The notes beneath the pieces were generated by a model. The model saw nothing but the letters and a program-made list of their open reading frames with translations. It was not told the origin of the DNA and did not search any database. Shown in pieces: positions 32,676 through 43,227 of a stretch of DNA of 64,000 nucleotides. Position 1 is the first letter of the stretch. Every line of letters begins with the position of its first letter. Position numbers and translations under genes: made by a program. Origin of the DNA: an uncultured archaeon (GTDB taxonomy: Archaea > Thermoproteota > Nitrososphaeria > Nitrososphaerales > Gagatemarchaeaceae); NCBI GenBank assembly GCA_963799775.1, contig CAWCYD010000003.1:896001-960000 (forward strand), written 5' to 3'.

Positions 32676-33881
32676 ATGCTCCTTCCTCAGAGCGATAGCC
32701 CCGAGCCCCCCTATTCTCAGCACAATCTTCGAGGACTGAGAGTTCTATATCTGGGTGCTGGTTGGGACGAGATTAACCGGGTATTCGATACTCTCACGAC
32801 GAAATTGAGATGGGTCACCGTGGCAGGTGAAGTCGACGGCGACTCCGCTGTAAGCGTGTCTTTCCGGGGCAAAAAGAAGGTGACGCGGTGGCAAGGACCG
32901 CGAGTGAGGAATCCTGGACAGCGGAACTTGTTTCGATACGTCGTCATCTTAGCAATGAATGCACTACTGCTCTTGCAGTTGTCAGTGATTAGAAGCATCC
33001 CGTCGGACATTGCGATTTGCCAATCGCCTCTCTATGTCCTAATGATGAAGCCTTTCCGCGAGTTGGGAATAGTGAAAAGGATTGTCTTCTATACCGGCGA
33101 TTACTTTCCTCCTACCAACGATGGCAGTTTTCTTGAAAGAAACATGCCTCGATTGTCTTCAAGAATCGATGAGCTTGCTTGGGACTGGTCCGATGACATA
33201 TGGTGTTACAATCATTTTCTAAGGAGAAGGATTTCGAAGAGGAATCCGGCTCTTGCAACAAAGGTTGTTCCTCCGTTATACTTCCCCGTGCGTGACCAGG
33301 CCCCAGACATGCGCACTCCATCGATTGTGTTTGCGGGCTCCATTAGACTTGACGCCGGTCTTGACATCGTCATGAAGGCAATGTCGAAGCTTACGGATCT
33401 TGAGAACGCGCCGCGGCTACTGATATTTGGAAGGCCACTCAACGAATCCGTGAATCAATCCATCATTGAGCTCGCGAGTAATCTCGGACTAGGCAACAGA
33501 GTTATCTTGAAAGGGTACACGCCCATTCAAGAGTTGCAGCGCGAATTCCAAAAAGCCTTGTGCGGTGTCGCTATCTTTCCAGGCGGCGAGTCAAACTATT
33601 CAAATTTCGCCTATCCAAACAAGATAAAGTCATATTTGGAGAATGGCATCCCGGCAATTATCGGTCGGTCGTCCGCCTTGCGAGAACATGCCGAGCTTCA
33701 AGAATCGTGTATTTTTGTTGAAGAGACGCCTGAGGCTCTAGCGAATGTCTTTCACACACTCATAACGAATCCTCGCATTGCCGAACGAATGGGGGCTGCT
33801 GGTTTCAAGTATGCATGCCAACAGAGATTATCACCAATTCTGTTCGAGTCATTACAGGACGTCGCTTCCCAGATTCGCTAG
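32676..33881 (+). CDS. GT4-like glycosyltransferase
   Basis: IVFAGSI...GLD and PNKIKSYLENGIP (PxK..Y variant of the GT4 motif). Confidence 0.75.
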   Translation: MLLPQSDSPEPPYSQHNLRGLRVLYLGAGWDEINRVFDTLTTKLRWVTVAGEVDGDSAVSVSFRGKKKVTRWQGPRVRNPGQRNLFRYVVILAMNALLLLQLSVIRSIPSDIAICQSPLYVLMMKPFRELGIVKRIVFYTGDYFPPTNDGSFLERNMPRLSSRIDELAWDWSDDIWCYNHFLRRRISKRNPALATKVVPPLYFPVRDQAPDMRTPSIVFAGSIRLDAGLDIVMKAMSKLTDLENAPRLLIFGRPLNESVNQSIIELASNLGLGNRVILKGYTPIQELQREFQKALCGVAIFPGGESNYSNFAYPNKIKSYLENGIPAIIGRSSALREHAELQESCIFVEETPEALANVFHTLITNPRIAERMGAAGFKYACQQRLSPILFESLQDVASQIR

Positions 33882-34170
33882 CTGGTAAACATGCCAGTAG
33901 AAGGTCCGACAACAAGTTTACCGGTCTGAACTTATCTGATATCAAAACTCTGCGTATGGTACCCGAACCTGAACCTCGCACGTTGTCAAGACTGACTAGC
34001 AATCCAAAGAGTTGGATGCCTTCCAAAACAAAAAGACTTTTGAAAAGGACATGGAAGAGTTTGCTCTGCGATGTTGGCAGGCTATGACCCTCAAGAGGAT
34101 TGCACATCTATAATACAAAGAGCAGCACGTCGGCGGCGTTCTTGTAAGTGAAGCGTGGAGAGAACACGGA

Positions 34171-35338
34171 ATGAAAAGTGTAGCGGTGATAGGCGCAGGA
34201 ATCTTCGGCGCGTCAAGTGCCTTGGTCCTGAGTGAGCACTTCAATGTGACTCTCTTCGAACAAGACGAGACAATACTTGCGGGGGCTTCCTATGGTAACC
34301 AGAACAGATTCCACTACGGATACCACTATCCGAGAAGCCTACAGACGGGAAGAGACTGTCTTAGCGCAATTCCAGCTTTCAAGTCAATTTATGGAGACTC
34401 ACTAATCGAGGACTTTCAGAACTACTATTGCGTCGCGAAGGATGGTTCGAAGGTATCAAAGTCTGATTACTTGAAGTTCTGCGAGGCCCTGGACCTTCCG
34501 TATAGAGAAGAGTGGCCCGCAGCAGATCTTGTCTCACGGGACCGACTCTGCCTATCGATTCGGGGCCCCGGAACCGATATTCGACCATTCTCGGCTGAAG
34601 GCAATCATCGCACGAGACCTCAAATCCTCAAAAGTAACGCTCAGAATGAGGAGGCGAGTTGTGGACGGAGAAATCACAAGAGAAGGGAAAAAGAAAGTCG
34701 TAACGAATGGCGATGGGAAAACCGAGGAACAAGATTTCGACTATCTGGTTCTTGCGACATACTCCACTCTCAATCAGATTTCTCGAATGTTCGGCTTCCA
34801 AACGCGAGAATTCCAATTCGAACTTGTCGAGGCCCCAGTCATAAAACTTCAGTACGCGCGAAGGGTAGGAATAACGATAATGGATGGAGACTTTTGTTCT
34901 ATTTTACCATTCGGAGACTCTGAATATTCTCTACTATATCATGCCTCCAAGTCGGTATTGGATAAATCAATCTCGACCGACTTCGCCGCAAGAAAATGCT
35001 TCTCTACTAATTGGCAGGAAATCCTACAAGGGAGTGCTGAGTACATTCCTGCAGTAACGGACTCCAAGTACCACAATTCAATAATTGTTACTAGGGTGGT
35101 AGATCCAAAGTCGGAAAACGATGATGCAAGAAGGTCGGAGATAATTAGCCACGGGTTCGGTTGCTGGTCTATCTTTTCGGGAAAGATTGCAACGGCTCGC
35201 GTGATGGCCGACAATCTTACAGCGACTATACTGGCCGAGAGCCGAAACGCAGTCCCGTCAAGTCCGAATTTGCCTGTAAAGGATCAGGGACTAGCCTTGC
35301 CCCAAAGGAAAGACCATTCCAATCGGTCGGTCGCGTGA
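34171..35338 (+). CDS. FAD-dependent oxidoreductase, frameshift near 34565
   Basis: VIGAGIFG FAD-binding motif, GASYGNQNRFHYGYHYPRS, TIMDG.F and C-terminal FSGKI. Confidence 0.85.
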
Positions 35339-36553
35339 ATGTCGCAGGGATCCCACGAGGGGGTCATGTACCCAAACATCCTCATCATAGGGCAATCAAA
35401 GACGAGCAGAACAGAGACCTTTCGAGACTATTTTGAAGCCAGATCAAGCTATGTGGAGACTTTCTGCTGTGGCGGAATTCGACAAATGCGTTCTGGAGAA
35501 GTCACTAGGACATTCGAAGGCGACCGCGTCTCTAGCGAATCGCTTTGGCATTTTGCGAGCCAGAACGAGGCACCGTCGTTGTTGATTCCCTATTTTCTTG
35601 GGCAAATCTTCCGCACCTTTACCAAGTCACTGAGCAGTCCATTTCTCCGTAGAGGCAGATTTGATCTGGCGATCGGAATAAGCCCTATCTACGCGGTCAC
35701 TTGCATAATCCTGAAGAAGTTAGGCATTGTACGCCAAGTCGGATACTATTGCATTGATTATTACCCTAAACCGACTGGGATGGTGTCGAGACTAATCTAC
35801 TCTGTCTTTAGAATGGTAGATCTGATTTGCGTCAACCAAAGCGACTATGTTTGGGATCTGACTTCGGCAATTACTAGTTTGCGACTTCAGTCCTTTGGTC
35901 AAAAGGTCCAAAAGGAGCCGACGGTTCTGCCACTGACATATTCGAGTAAGATGTTAAACGATTGCCCTGAGGTACCATCAGGCCATTCGATAGTCTACGT
36001 TGGGACTCTAGAGAAACTGACAGGTTTAGATCTCACCATTGATACGGCACCAACGATCGTCAAGACGTTTCCAGATTTCAGGTGCCACATCATTGGCAAC
36101 GGTCCATACCGCAAACCCCTGATTGATCACATACGCAGCTTGCATATGGAGAATTATTTCACATTCTATGGATTCGTCGAGGATGCGGGCGCCTTCGACA
36201 TCATGTCAAGGTGCAGAGCGGGACTAGCCACGTACATACCATCAGGAGAGAATAACGTGATGGTAGCTGACCCCGGTAAACCCAAGCTCTATGCTTTCAG
36301 AGCGCTGCCGGCTATCGTAACAAAGTATCGAGCTGGATTGCAGTTGGCTGCATCTGGAGCTGGAATAGCCATCGAATACGACAAGGAAAGCCTTGCCGAG
36401 GCAATCACTAGACTCTTCGAGTCTGACGTGCTCGTGCGGGAGATGCAGCAGAAGGCTCGGGCATATGCAAAAAGGTTCGTCACGGAGGACGTCTTCGACT
36501 CTGTTCTCACGAATAGTAGATATACTTCAAGAGGCGAGCGTCACCAAAATTGA
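35339..36553 (+). CDS. GT4-like glycosyltransferase
   Basis: IVYVGTL..GLDL, IIGNGP, FYGFV and DPGKPKLY motifs. Confidence 0.78.
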   Translation: MSQGSHEGVMYPNILIIGQSKTSRTETFRDYFEARSSYVETFCCGGIRQMRSGEVTRTFEGDRVSSESLWHFASQNEAPSLLIPYFLGQIFRTFTKSLSSPFLRRGRFDLAIGISPIYAVTCIILKKLGIVRQVGYYCIDYYPKPTGMVSRLIYSVFRMVDLICVNQSDYVWDLTSAITSLRLQSFGQKVQKEPTVLPLTYSSKMLNDCPEVPSGHSIVYVGTLEKLTGLDLTIDTAPTIVKTFPDFRCHIIGNGPYRKPLIDHIRSLHMENYFTFYGFVEDAGAFDIMSRCRAGLATYIPSGENNVMVADPGKPKLYAFRALPAIVTKYRAGLQLAASGAGIAIEYDKESLAEAITRLFESDVLVREMQQKARAYAKRFVTEDVFDSVLTNSRYTSRGERHQN

Positions 36554-37620
36554 AGTTGCTCGTGACCGGCTCAAGCGGCTTGGTCGGCTTCGAATGCTGT
36601 CGCCTCTTCCGAGAGAAGGGTTGGAGTGTCATAGGTGTTGATAACTACATGCGGGCGAGAATCTTTGGCCAGGACGGCGACACAAGTTCAAATACAAAGA
36701 CCTTGGTTTCTGAGTATGGGATAGAGTATCACCAGCTAGACTACAGGGACGCCAAAGTTACAGAGATGCTGAAAGACGCTGATGCCGTAATACACGCCGC
36801 CTCACAGCCATCCCATCCTCGATCAATTCAAATTCCTGCAGAAGACTTCGAGATAAACGCCAGCGGAACCTTCTATCTACTTGAGAATCTTCGAAGATAC
36901 AATAAAGACTGTGTTTTTGTTTTCTGCTCGACGCATAAGGTGTACGGTGAGAACCCGAACTTCTTCTCTTACAAGAGAGTGGGCAAGAGGTTCGAACCGG
37001 TTGACCCGTCCCTGTTCGACGGATTCAGTGAGAATCTTCGAATCGACCAAGCGATGCACACACCCTTTGGCGTGTCCAAACTTACCGGAGATATGTACAC
37101 GCAGGAGTATGCAAAACTTTATGGTCTGAAAACTGGCAGCTTTAGGATGAGCTGCATCACGGGCGGAGCATCTCGTGCTGTGGAGGAGCAAAATTGGGAA
37201 CCGTATTTCATAAAAAAGGCGCTCGCAGGGGAGAAGGTTACCATATTCGGCTATCAGGGGTACCAGGTAAGGGACGTGATACACGCCAACGACCTAGCCC
37301 GTCTCTTCTATGAGTTCATATTGAATCCGCGGCCAGGCGAAGTCTACAATATTGGTGGAGGTAGAGACAACGCGCTATCTCTCTTGGAATCATTGGATCT
37401 TATCGAAGAGGTGAGCGGCAAGCGGCTCGCATACGAGGATGGCCCGCAGCGTGAAGCGGATTACGCGTGGTGGATAACTAACATCAACAAGGTCAGTGCT
37501 CATTATCCAAACTGGAAGCAGAAACACAATCTCAAGTCAATCTTTTCTGAGATTACGGAGGCCCTCAAGGAAAACAAGGAATTGATACCAACTCGCCGTC
37601 ATATTGTCGCAAATGATTGA
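36550..37620 (+). CDS. CDP-paratose 2-epimerase (Tyv/RfbE)-like extended SDR
   Basis: TGSSGLVG, AASQPSH, STHKVYG, FRMSCITG, YQVRDVIH and VYNIGGG motifs. Confidence 0.8.
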   Translation: MKLLVTGSSGLVGFECCRLFREKGWSVIGVDNYMRARIFGQDGDTSSNTKTLVSEYGIEYHQLDYRDAKVTEMLKDADAVIHAASQPSHPRSIQIPAEDFEINASGTFYLLENLRRYNKDCVFVFCSTHKVYGENPNFFSYKRVGKRFEPVDPSLFDGFSENLRIDQAMHTPFGVSKLTGDMYTQEYAKLYGLKTGSFRMSCITGGASRAVEEQNWEPYFIKKALAGEKVTIFGYQGYQVRDVIHANDLARLFYEFILNPRPGEVYNIGGGRDNALSLLESLDLIEEVSGKRLAYEDGPQREADYAWWITNINKVSAHYPNWKQKHNLKSIFSEITEALKENKELIPTRRHIVAND

Positions 37621-38719
37621 TACGGAGCAAGACGCAACCGCTCACCCACTAGTAAGCGTAATAATCGTAAGCCTCAAAGGAAGGAAGCTCCTAGAACAGT
37701 TCCTCCCATCCGTCCTCGGAATGAAGTATCGGCCCATGGAGGTAATTCTCGTCGACAACGCTTCCAACGACGGAAGCGTAGAGTTCGTCCGGGACAGGTA
37801 CCCGCAAGTCAAGATTGTAGTCAATGAGGAAAACCTCGGCACCGCTGAAGGTGGGAACTCTGGACTGCCTGCAGCCAAGGGAAAGTATGTGTTTTGGATC
37901 AGCAATGACATGGAAATGGACCCCGACATGCTCACCTATCTCGTTGAGACGGCCTCATCAAATCCAACAATCGGGATATGCACTTGCAAAATGCGTCGGA
38001 TTCTGCCAGACGGAACAAAGTTGAATGTAATAGACAGTGTGGGAGCAAGCATGGATATTTTCGGAACTCCGGCAGCCAGAGGGATAAACGAAGTCGATAA
38101 GGGCCAATGGGACTTCCCGGCTGACGTATTCTTTTCCTTCGGCGGCGCTCTCCTTATCAAGCGGTCAGTTCTCGAACAGATCAAAGGCTATGACCCCCGA
38201 ATCTTTACTCTCGGCGACGATATTGACATATGCTGGAGGGTGCTGTTACTCGGCTATCGTGTTGTGGCCGATCCAAGAGCCGTTCTTTATCATCGCGTCT
38301 CGGTGACGCTTGGCAAATATTTCAGCAGGAGCAACAAGCGGTTCTTAGCTGAACGGGGAGCCTGGATAGGTATGCTCAAGAATTACTCAGGGAGAACTCT
38401 TGCATTCGTTGTGCCTAGCTACTTGGTGATTCTAACTGGGGAAGTTGTCTTTCTGATTCTCGCAGGTAAGGGAGAAATGGGAAAAGCCTCAATCAAAGCG
38501 GTTATTTGGAATCTTAGAAACCTGCCTGAAACCATTATTGATCGACGTGTCGTAAAAGCTAACAGGAGAGTAACCGACCGAGAACTCAGACGATTGATGT
38601 TGCCGGGCTGCCAGAAGATCAGGGTCTTTCAGGATTATTTGGCCAATAGAAACAACGAAGAGTGGAGAAACTATTTCGGCACGAAGACGACAATCACCGA
38701 AACAATCAGAAGATCATAG
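37604..38719 (+). CDS. GT2 family glycosyltransferase (rhamnosyltransferase-like)
   Basis: LVDNASNDGS, ENLG.A.G.N, SND, GYD..F...DDIDICWR motifs. Confidence 0.9.
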   Translation: MSQMIDTEQDATAHPLVSVIIVSLKGRKLLEQFLPSVLGMKYRPMEVILVDNASNDGSVEFVRDRYPQVKIVVNEENLGTAEGGNSGLPAAKGKYVFWISNDMEMDPDMLTYLVETASSNPTIGICTCKMRRILPDGTKLNVIDSVGASMDIFGTPAARGINEVDKGQWDFPADVFFSFGGALLIKRSVLEQIKGYDPRIFTLGDDIDICWRVLLLGYRVVADPRAVLYHRVSVTLGKYFSRSNKRFLAERGAWIGMLKNYSGRTLAFVVPSYLVILTGEVVFLILAGKGEMGKASIKAVIWNLRNLPETIIDRRVVKANRRVTDRELRRLMLPGCQKIRVFQDYLANRNNEEWRNYFGTKTTITETIRRS

Positions 38720-38759
38720 ATTCCAGAAAAGTTTGACTTGCCAAGCGGCAGCGTCCGCA

Positions 38760-39689
38760 TCAAAAGTGACCTCTTCGGGCCGTCTCGATTTGGACGTTGA
38801 GACCATCTTCAATCTTCGTAGCCGGAGAATACCCGAGAGTTCGCTTTGCTAGGTCAATATCGAACGTTTGGTCGTAATATTCCTTTATCCTTGGTCTGAT
38901 TTCCGGGTGGAGCTGTCTGGATTCCATCTTTCTCAGTATGATGTCCAGTACTTTCCTTACGCTGATGCCTTTTCCGCTCCCGATGTTCAGCGTCTTGTCC
39001 GGATGTCTACGTAACGCTTCGATAGTGACAGAAGAGACATCGTCTAAGTACACGTAGTCTCGGAGTTCGGACCCGTCGCCAAAGAGAGTAGGCGGTTTCC
39101 CTTGCAAGATCCGGGAGATGAAACTTGGGATTGCCTTGATTCTTGGTTCGCCTGGGCCATACACTTGCGAATATCTTAGGACCGTCAAAGGAATCTTCTT
39201 GCTCTTGCAATATACCCCCAAGTATCGTTCAGCCGATAGCTTGCTCGCCCCATAGTAGGAGGATGGAATCGTAGGATGTTTCTCGTCAATTGGATTGTAT
39301 TCAGGCAATCCATACACATCAATAGTACTAGAGTAGACGAATGACTGCACTGTTGCAGGTAGGTTTCTCAAGAGCGCAATGGTTCCGAGCAGGTTCACTC
39401 CCAAACTTTCCTCCACATCATCTCTCCCCGAGGCGCCCGGGATGCTGGCAGCGAGATGCAGAACGTAGTCGACGTCCCTTATTCGACTCTTGATGCCGTT
39501 TACTGAATGTTGAGAGGAAAGGTCGCACTGGATGTTCTCGAGGTTAGAGGCGTCCTTGCCGTCGGACGAGCGACTCAGGATTCTTAGTTCTATGTTCTTG
39601 TTCTTGCGCAGCTTTCTCACAACGTCGCTGCCGATGAAGCCGGTTCCACCAGTAACTAGAATCGTCTTTCCTTCGAGACTCTCTTCCAA
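38760..39689 (-). CDS. NAD-dependent epimerase/dehydratase (UDP-glucose 4-epimerase-like)
   Basis: TGGTGFIG, HLAA, YGASK, VYGPGE and GDGSELRDYVY motifs. Confidence 0.9.
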   Translation of the reverse strand: MEESLEGKTILVTGGTGFIGSDVVRKLRKNKNIELRILSRSSDGKDASNLENIQCDLSSQHSVNGIKSRIRDVDYVLHLAASIPGASGRDDVEESLGVNLLGTIALLRNLPATVQSFVYSSTIDVYGLPEYNPIDEKHPTIPSSYYGASKLSAERYLGVYCKSKKIPLTVLRYSQVYGPGEPRIKAIPSFISRILQGKPPTLFGDGSELRDYVYLDDVSSVTIEALRRHPDKTLNIGSGKGISVRKVLDIILRKMESRQLHPEIRPRIKEYYDQTFDIDLAKRTLGYSPATKIEDGLNVQIETARRGHF

Positions 39690-40762
39690 TTTCTACTCCG
39701 AAGTCTTGTGAGGCTTCGCCGGTATTTCTCAATTTGATTAATTGTGGTCAAAACAGGCTCCGTGTCCATCCCGCGTACCCAAGCTAGCCCCTCTGGGAGC
39801 GGGTTGATCTTCTTCTTTATCTTCGGCAGCTTCTCCCCGAAGGCCAACTTGATCAAGATGTAGGGCAGATTCAAACCTGCCCGGGTGAAAAAAAGATGTG
39901 TCGTGAAGAAGCGCCCGATGTTTATTTCGGTCGGGTTAGGAACCCCTTCTTTGTCATATGTCATGTCGACCGACCATATGCCGTTCGGTTCAGCATCGAT
40001 GGCATGGATTGCGGCCTGAGCAATCTCGTCAACCTCCTGATTTGAAACCGTCACTCCAGTTCCTGTTACTCCGGTTATGCCGGACACTGCTCTGTTCCCG
40101 AGCTCCCAATATAGCCTCTCGCGACCTTGAGCGACGACAAGCTCCCCGCGGTTCCATATCGATGTCCAGGTGACTGACCTTGGCGTGAGGGCCTGAGCCG
40201 CTGTGAATTTTCCCCATCCGGAGAACGAGTCAATCCAGATCTTCGCGAGTTGAAAATTGCTCGTGGGAAGCGACCCAGCTCCACCGCCTCCTCTGGTCGC
40301 TCGAAACCACAAGTCCTTGCCAAGTTGGGCGAACGCATCCTCAAGATCCTTTTCTGTCCTGACTAGAATCGTTGGCGGCACTTTGAGTCCTGCCTTCGCC
40401 CATTTCTCGTAGGTCTTCATTTTGTCGACGCAAGTTACCACTGATTCGTGACTAGGGAGAAACGTCTTGACACCCAACCCTGCTATCTTGCCTCGGTGCT
40501 CTGAGACCGCCTGGACCTCAAAATCGTGCTGCACGTGCAAGAAATCAGGACTCTCCAGTTCGATGATTCGTTCCAGCACGCGGAAATAGTCTGGTTCTTG
40601 TGCCTGCGGGTCGACATATTTTGCGTCCGTCTTGGCCTTGGCCAAGTCGTAAGGGTTACTTGTCATTCCAACGATGCGGAACTTCTCGGGAGATTCTCTC
40701 AAAGATTCGATAAATCCGTTTGATGGGGCACCTCCAGCCCCGCCGACAAGAATGCATTTCAC
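39656..40762 (-). CDS. ATP-grasp carboxylate-amine ligase
   Basis: CVDKMKTY, GGGGAGS loop and TEINIGRF (ExN motif). Confidence 0.82.
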   Translation of the reverse strand: MKCILVGGAGGAPSNGFIESLRESPEKFRIVGMTSNPYDLAKAKTDAKYVDPQAQEPDYFRVLERIIELESPDFLHVQHDFEVQAVSEHRGKIAGLGVKTFLPSHESVVTCVDKMKTYEKWAKAGLKVPPTILVRTEKDLEDAFAQLGKDLWFRATRGGGGAGSLPTSNFQLAKIWIDSFSGWGKFTAAQALTPRSVTWTSIWNRGELVVAQGRERLYWELGNRAVSGITGVTGTGVTVSNQEVDEIAQAAIHAIDAEPNGIWSVDMTYDKEGVPNPTEINIGRFFTTHLFFTRAGLNLPYILIKLAFGEKLPKIKKKINPLPEGLAWVRGMDTEPVLTTINQIEKYRRSLTRLRSRNWKRVSKERRF

Positions 40763-40963
40763 CTCTGCAGCTCTTCTCCGGCTTTAGTTCAAGAGTTGCT
40801 CTTGGCTATTTGAAGATTCCATCAGATGAATTCGCGGCAAAACTGCTAGGTCCGTTTTAAGCTGAATCTAACGCTTCGGAGTCGTCTGAGATCGCCCAGC
40901 CACATGGGTCGTTCAATGTCTGCGTGGCCTTAAATCGTATCGACGCGCAATTCTTCGCATCAA

Positions 40964-41719
40964 TTGGGCACCGCGCGGGGCAGACGGAGAGGTCACTTAA
41001 TCAAGGAACTTGGTCGTCCTGTGGGCCTTGTTGTCTTCGACTTGGATGATACGCTAACTGACAACAGGCGGGTCGATTATGCTTCATACGTGTATCTTCA
41101 CGATAGGTATGGTCTCCCGCTGCTTGGCCGACGGACGTTCGTGCGTCTTCGCCTCCGCCACTGGCGCAGTCGCACCATAATCAGTCGTCTGGCCAGGAAA
41201 GTGGGCATGCAGAAACGAGTGGATGAGCTGCTACGAGAAAGGCTGAATTTCTACGATTCCAGCGCGTCGTTATATGAGCTAAAGCAAGGCGCGAAAACAG
41301 CACTCAAACGGCTAAGTGTCGCCGGTTACACGGTGGCGATTGCGACCGGGATACGGCGGCGAATAACCGCAATTCGACTACTGGAGAGTCTTGAAATCAA
41401 TCCTTATGTTGATCAGTCCTGCGTATATTGCATCGAGGATATTGCGAAAATTCAGAGGAAGGAGTCTGCATTCAAAGAGACCTTATACCTCAAGATTCTC
41501 AAAGAACTTGGCAAGGACTTTCCGTCTTTCCACATTGTCGGTAATCGGGCTTCTGATTTGGCATCGGCCAAGAAATTGGGCTTCCTTCCAATTGGAGTCC
41601 CGGGAAGCTACTACATTCAACCAGGTCTCGATCGCATTGCGCCGATTGCAAATGATTTTTCATCAGTAGTTACTCTAATAGGAGTCCCCTCCAGGAAGAA
41701 TGGCCTGACACAAAAATAA
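40964..41719 (+). CDS. HAD-superfamily hydrolase (phosphatase-like)
   Basis: VFDLDDTL (motif I), IATG (II), K (III), VGNRASD (IV, with Asn in place of the first Asp). Confidence 0.8.
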   Translation: MGTARGRRRGHLIKELGRPVGLVVFDLDDTLTDNRRVDYASYVYLHDRYGLPLLGRRTFVRLRLRHWRSRTIISRLARKVGMQKRVDELLRERLNFYDSSASLYELKQGAKTALKRLSVAGYTVAIATGIRRRITAIRLLESLEINPYVDQSCVYCIEDIAKIQRKESAFKETLYLKILKELGKDFPSFHIVGNRASDLASAKKLGFLPIGVPGSYYIQPGLDRIAPIANDFSSVVTLIGVPSRKNGLTQK

Positions 41720-41727
41720 ACGACCGT

Positions 41728-43227
41728 CTAGCTTGATGTTGCCGTGAGAGAGTCCGATTCTCTCATCTCGCTTCCGCTGGCAAAGTCCTTGAGGTGGCCA
41801 TAGACATAATCTATTCCTCTCTTGGCAAATCTCAAGTCGTCCTTCGAGCGGATTCCCAAGACCTTCCTCGCCATATATTTCGGAGCCAAGAACACCTTGT
41901 AGAGTTCCTGGGTGAGTTCCTTCACTTGCTCGTTAGTAAGCTCGCTTTTCATGACTGCCTCTCGCATGTCATATCTGTCATAGTCCTCGGTAAGCAACCA
42001 GCCGTTCTCCTTGCACTGGTGCCACAGCATTGTCCCGGGGTAGGGAATCACGATCGTTGCTTGCAGAGTCTCTGCATAGCCAGCGCTGAAGACTTTCTTC
42101 GCGAAATTGACCGTGTTTCGGGCGTCTTGGTAAGTCTCCCAGGGATAACCCATCATTATCGTCAGGTGAGGATCCATCCCATACTTGCTTGCCCATCGGC
42201 AAGTCTCCCAAGCCTGCTGGTTCGTTGTGCCCTTTTGAAGCTTGTCGAGCGTCTTCTGGTTGGCGGACTCGAGCCCGTAAAGGATAAACCTGAATCCTGC
42301 CTTTCCCATCAGCTTGTAATCGTCCTCTTTGAGAGCTCCGAATCGCATGTTGCAGCCTATTCTTATCTTGAAGGCCAGGTCTCTCTCGACCATCCCTTTG
42401 CAGAATGTCGTTAACCACACCCCAGCGGGGAAAGTCCCGGTGTCGTCGAAAATCTCACGGATTCCGTACCGCTTGTGGAGCATTTCCACTTCCTCGAGCA
42501 AGCTCTCAGGAGTTCTCACCTGATACTTCTTGTAGGTCATCGTCCATGAGCAGAAAGTGCATCCGCCGCCGTTCCTCCACCAGCAGTCTCTGCCGACCAT
42601 CGTGTAAGTGCCCGGCTCGTATTTGAAATTACCGTTCTTGACGTAAAGCCACCACTTGGTCAGGCCCCTGTCAATGAGTGGGAGGGTATTGACGTCACTG
42701 TTCTGCTGGTAGACGCCAGTGTTCTTCGTCGTCCCGTCCTTTTCTCTCCACCAGAAGCCAGGATCGAGTGGAGTCCCCTTCGATATGTGATTGGCAAGGG
42801 AGAGGAGCTGAAAGTCGTAGTCTCCGCCCGCAATAACATAGTCCACGGGCGAGTTCTGGAGGGATTCCTCAGGGAAGGCGGTGACGTGGTCGCCCATCAA
42901 GACGATGGCAGTTTGGGGCCAGCGCGCCTTGAACTCCCTGATATACCGCCAGAACGTCTTGACTGTTGGAGCCTTTGTCTCGATTGCGATGAGGTCAGGG
43001 CTCTGGAAGTCTTGCCGCTTGAGGTACTCATCGAACGACATCCGTTCGGCTATTCCATCATCCCAAGTGACATCGTACCCGTTCTCATCCAAAAGTGTGG
43101 CCGCGTAGGCCGGAATGACTGGGTAAATGTAGGTGGGCTGGTTGAAATACTGAAACTGCCGGTTCTGTGAGAGCAGCGGAACTCCTTTCGGAGTCTCGAT
43201 CGGCGGGTACGATATGCTGATTCTCAT
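41728..43227 (-). CDS. B12-binding-domain radical SAM protein
   Basis: N-terminal cobalamin-binding-like domain (MGDHVTAFPEE, VDYVIAG), CWWRNGGGCTFC cluster motif, GLESANQ, MMGYPWET and PYPGT. Confidence 0.88.
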   Translation of the reverse strand: MRISISYPPIETPKGVPLLSQNRQFQYFNQPTYIYPVIPAYAATLLDENGYDVTWDDGIAERMSFDEYLKRQDFQSPDLIAIETKAPTVKTFWRYIREFKARWPQTAIVLMGDHVTAFPEESLQNSPVDYVIAGGDYDFQLLSLANHISKGTPLDPGFWWREKDGTTKNTGVYQQNSDVNTLPLIDRGLTKWWLYVKNGNFKYEPGTYTMVGRDCWWRNGGGCTFCSWTMTYKKYQVRTPESLLEEVEMLHKRYGIREIFDDTGTFPAGVWLTTFCKGMVERDLAFKIRIGCNMRFGALKEDDYKLMGKAGFRFILYGLESANQKTLDKLQKGTTNQQAWETCRWASKYGMDPHLTIMMGYPWETYQDARNTVNFAKKVFSAGYAETLQATIVIPYPGTMLWHQCKENGWLLTEDYDRYDMREAVMKSELTNEQVKELTQELYKVFLAPKYMARKVLGIRSKDDLRFAKRGIDYVYGHLKDFASGSEMRESDSLTATSS

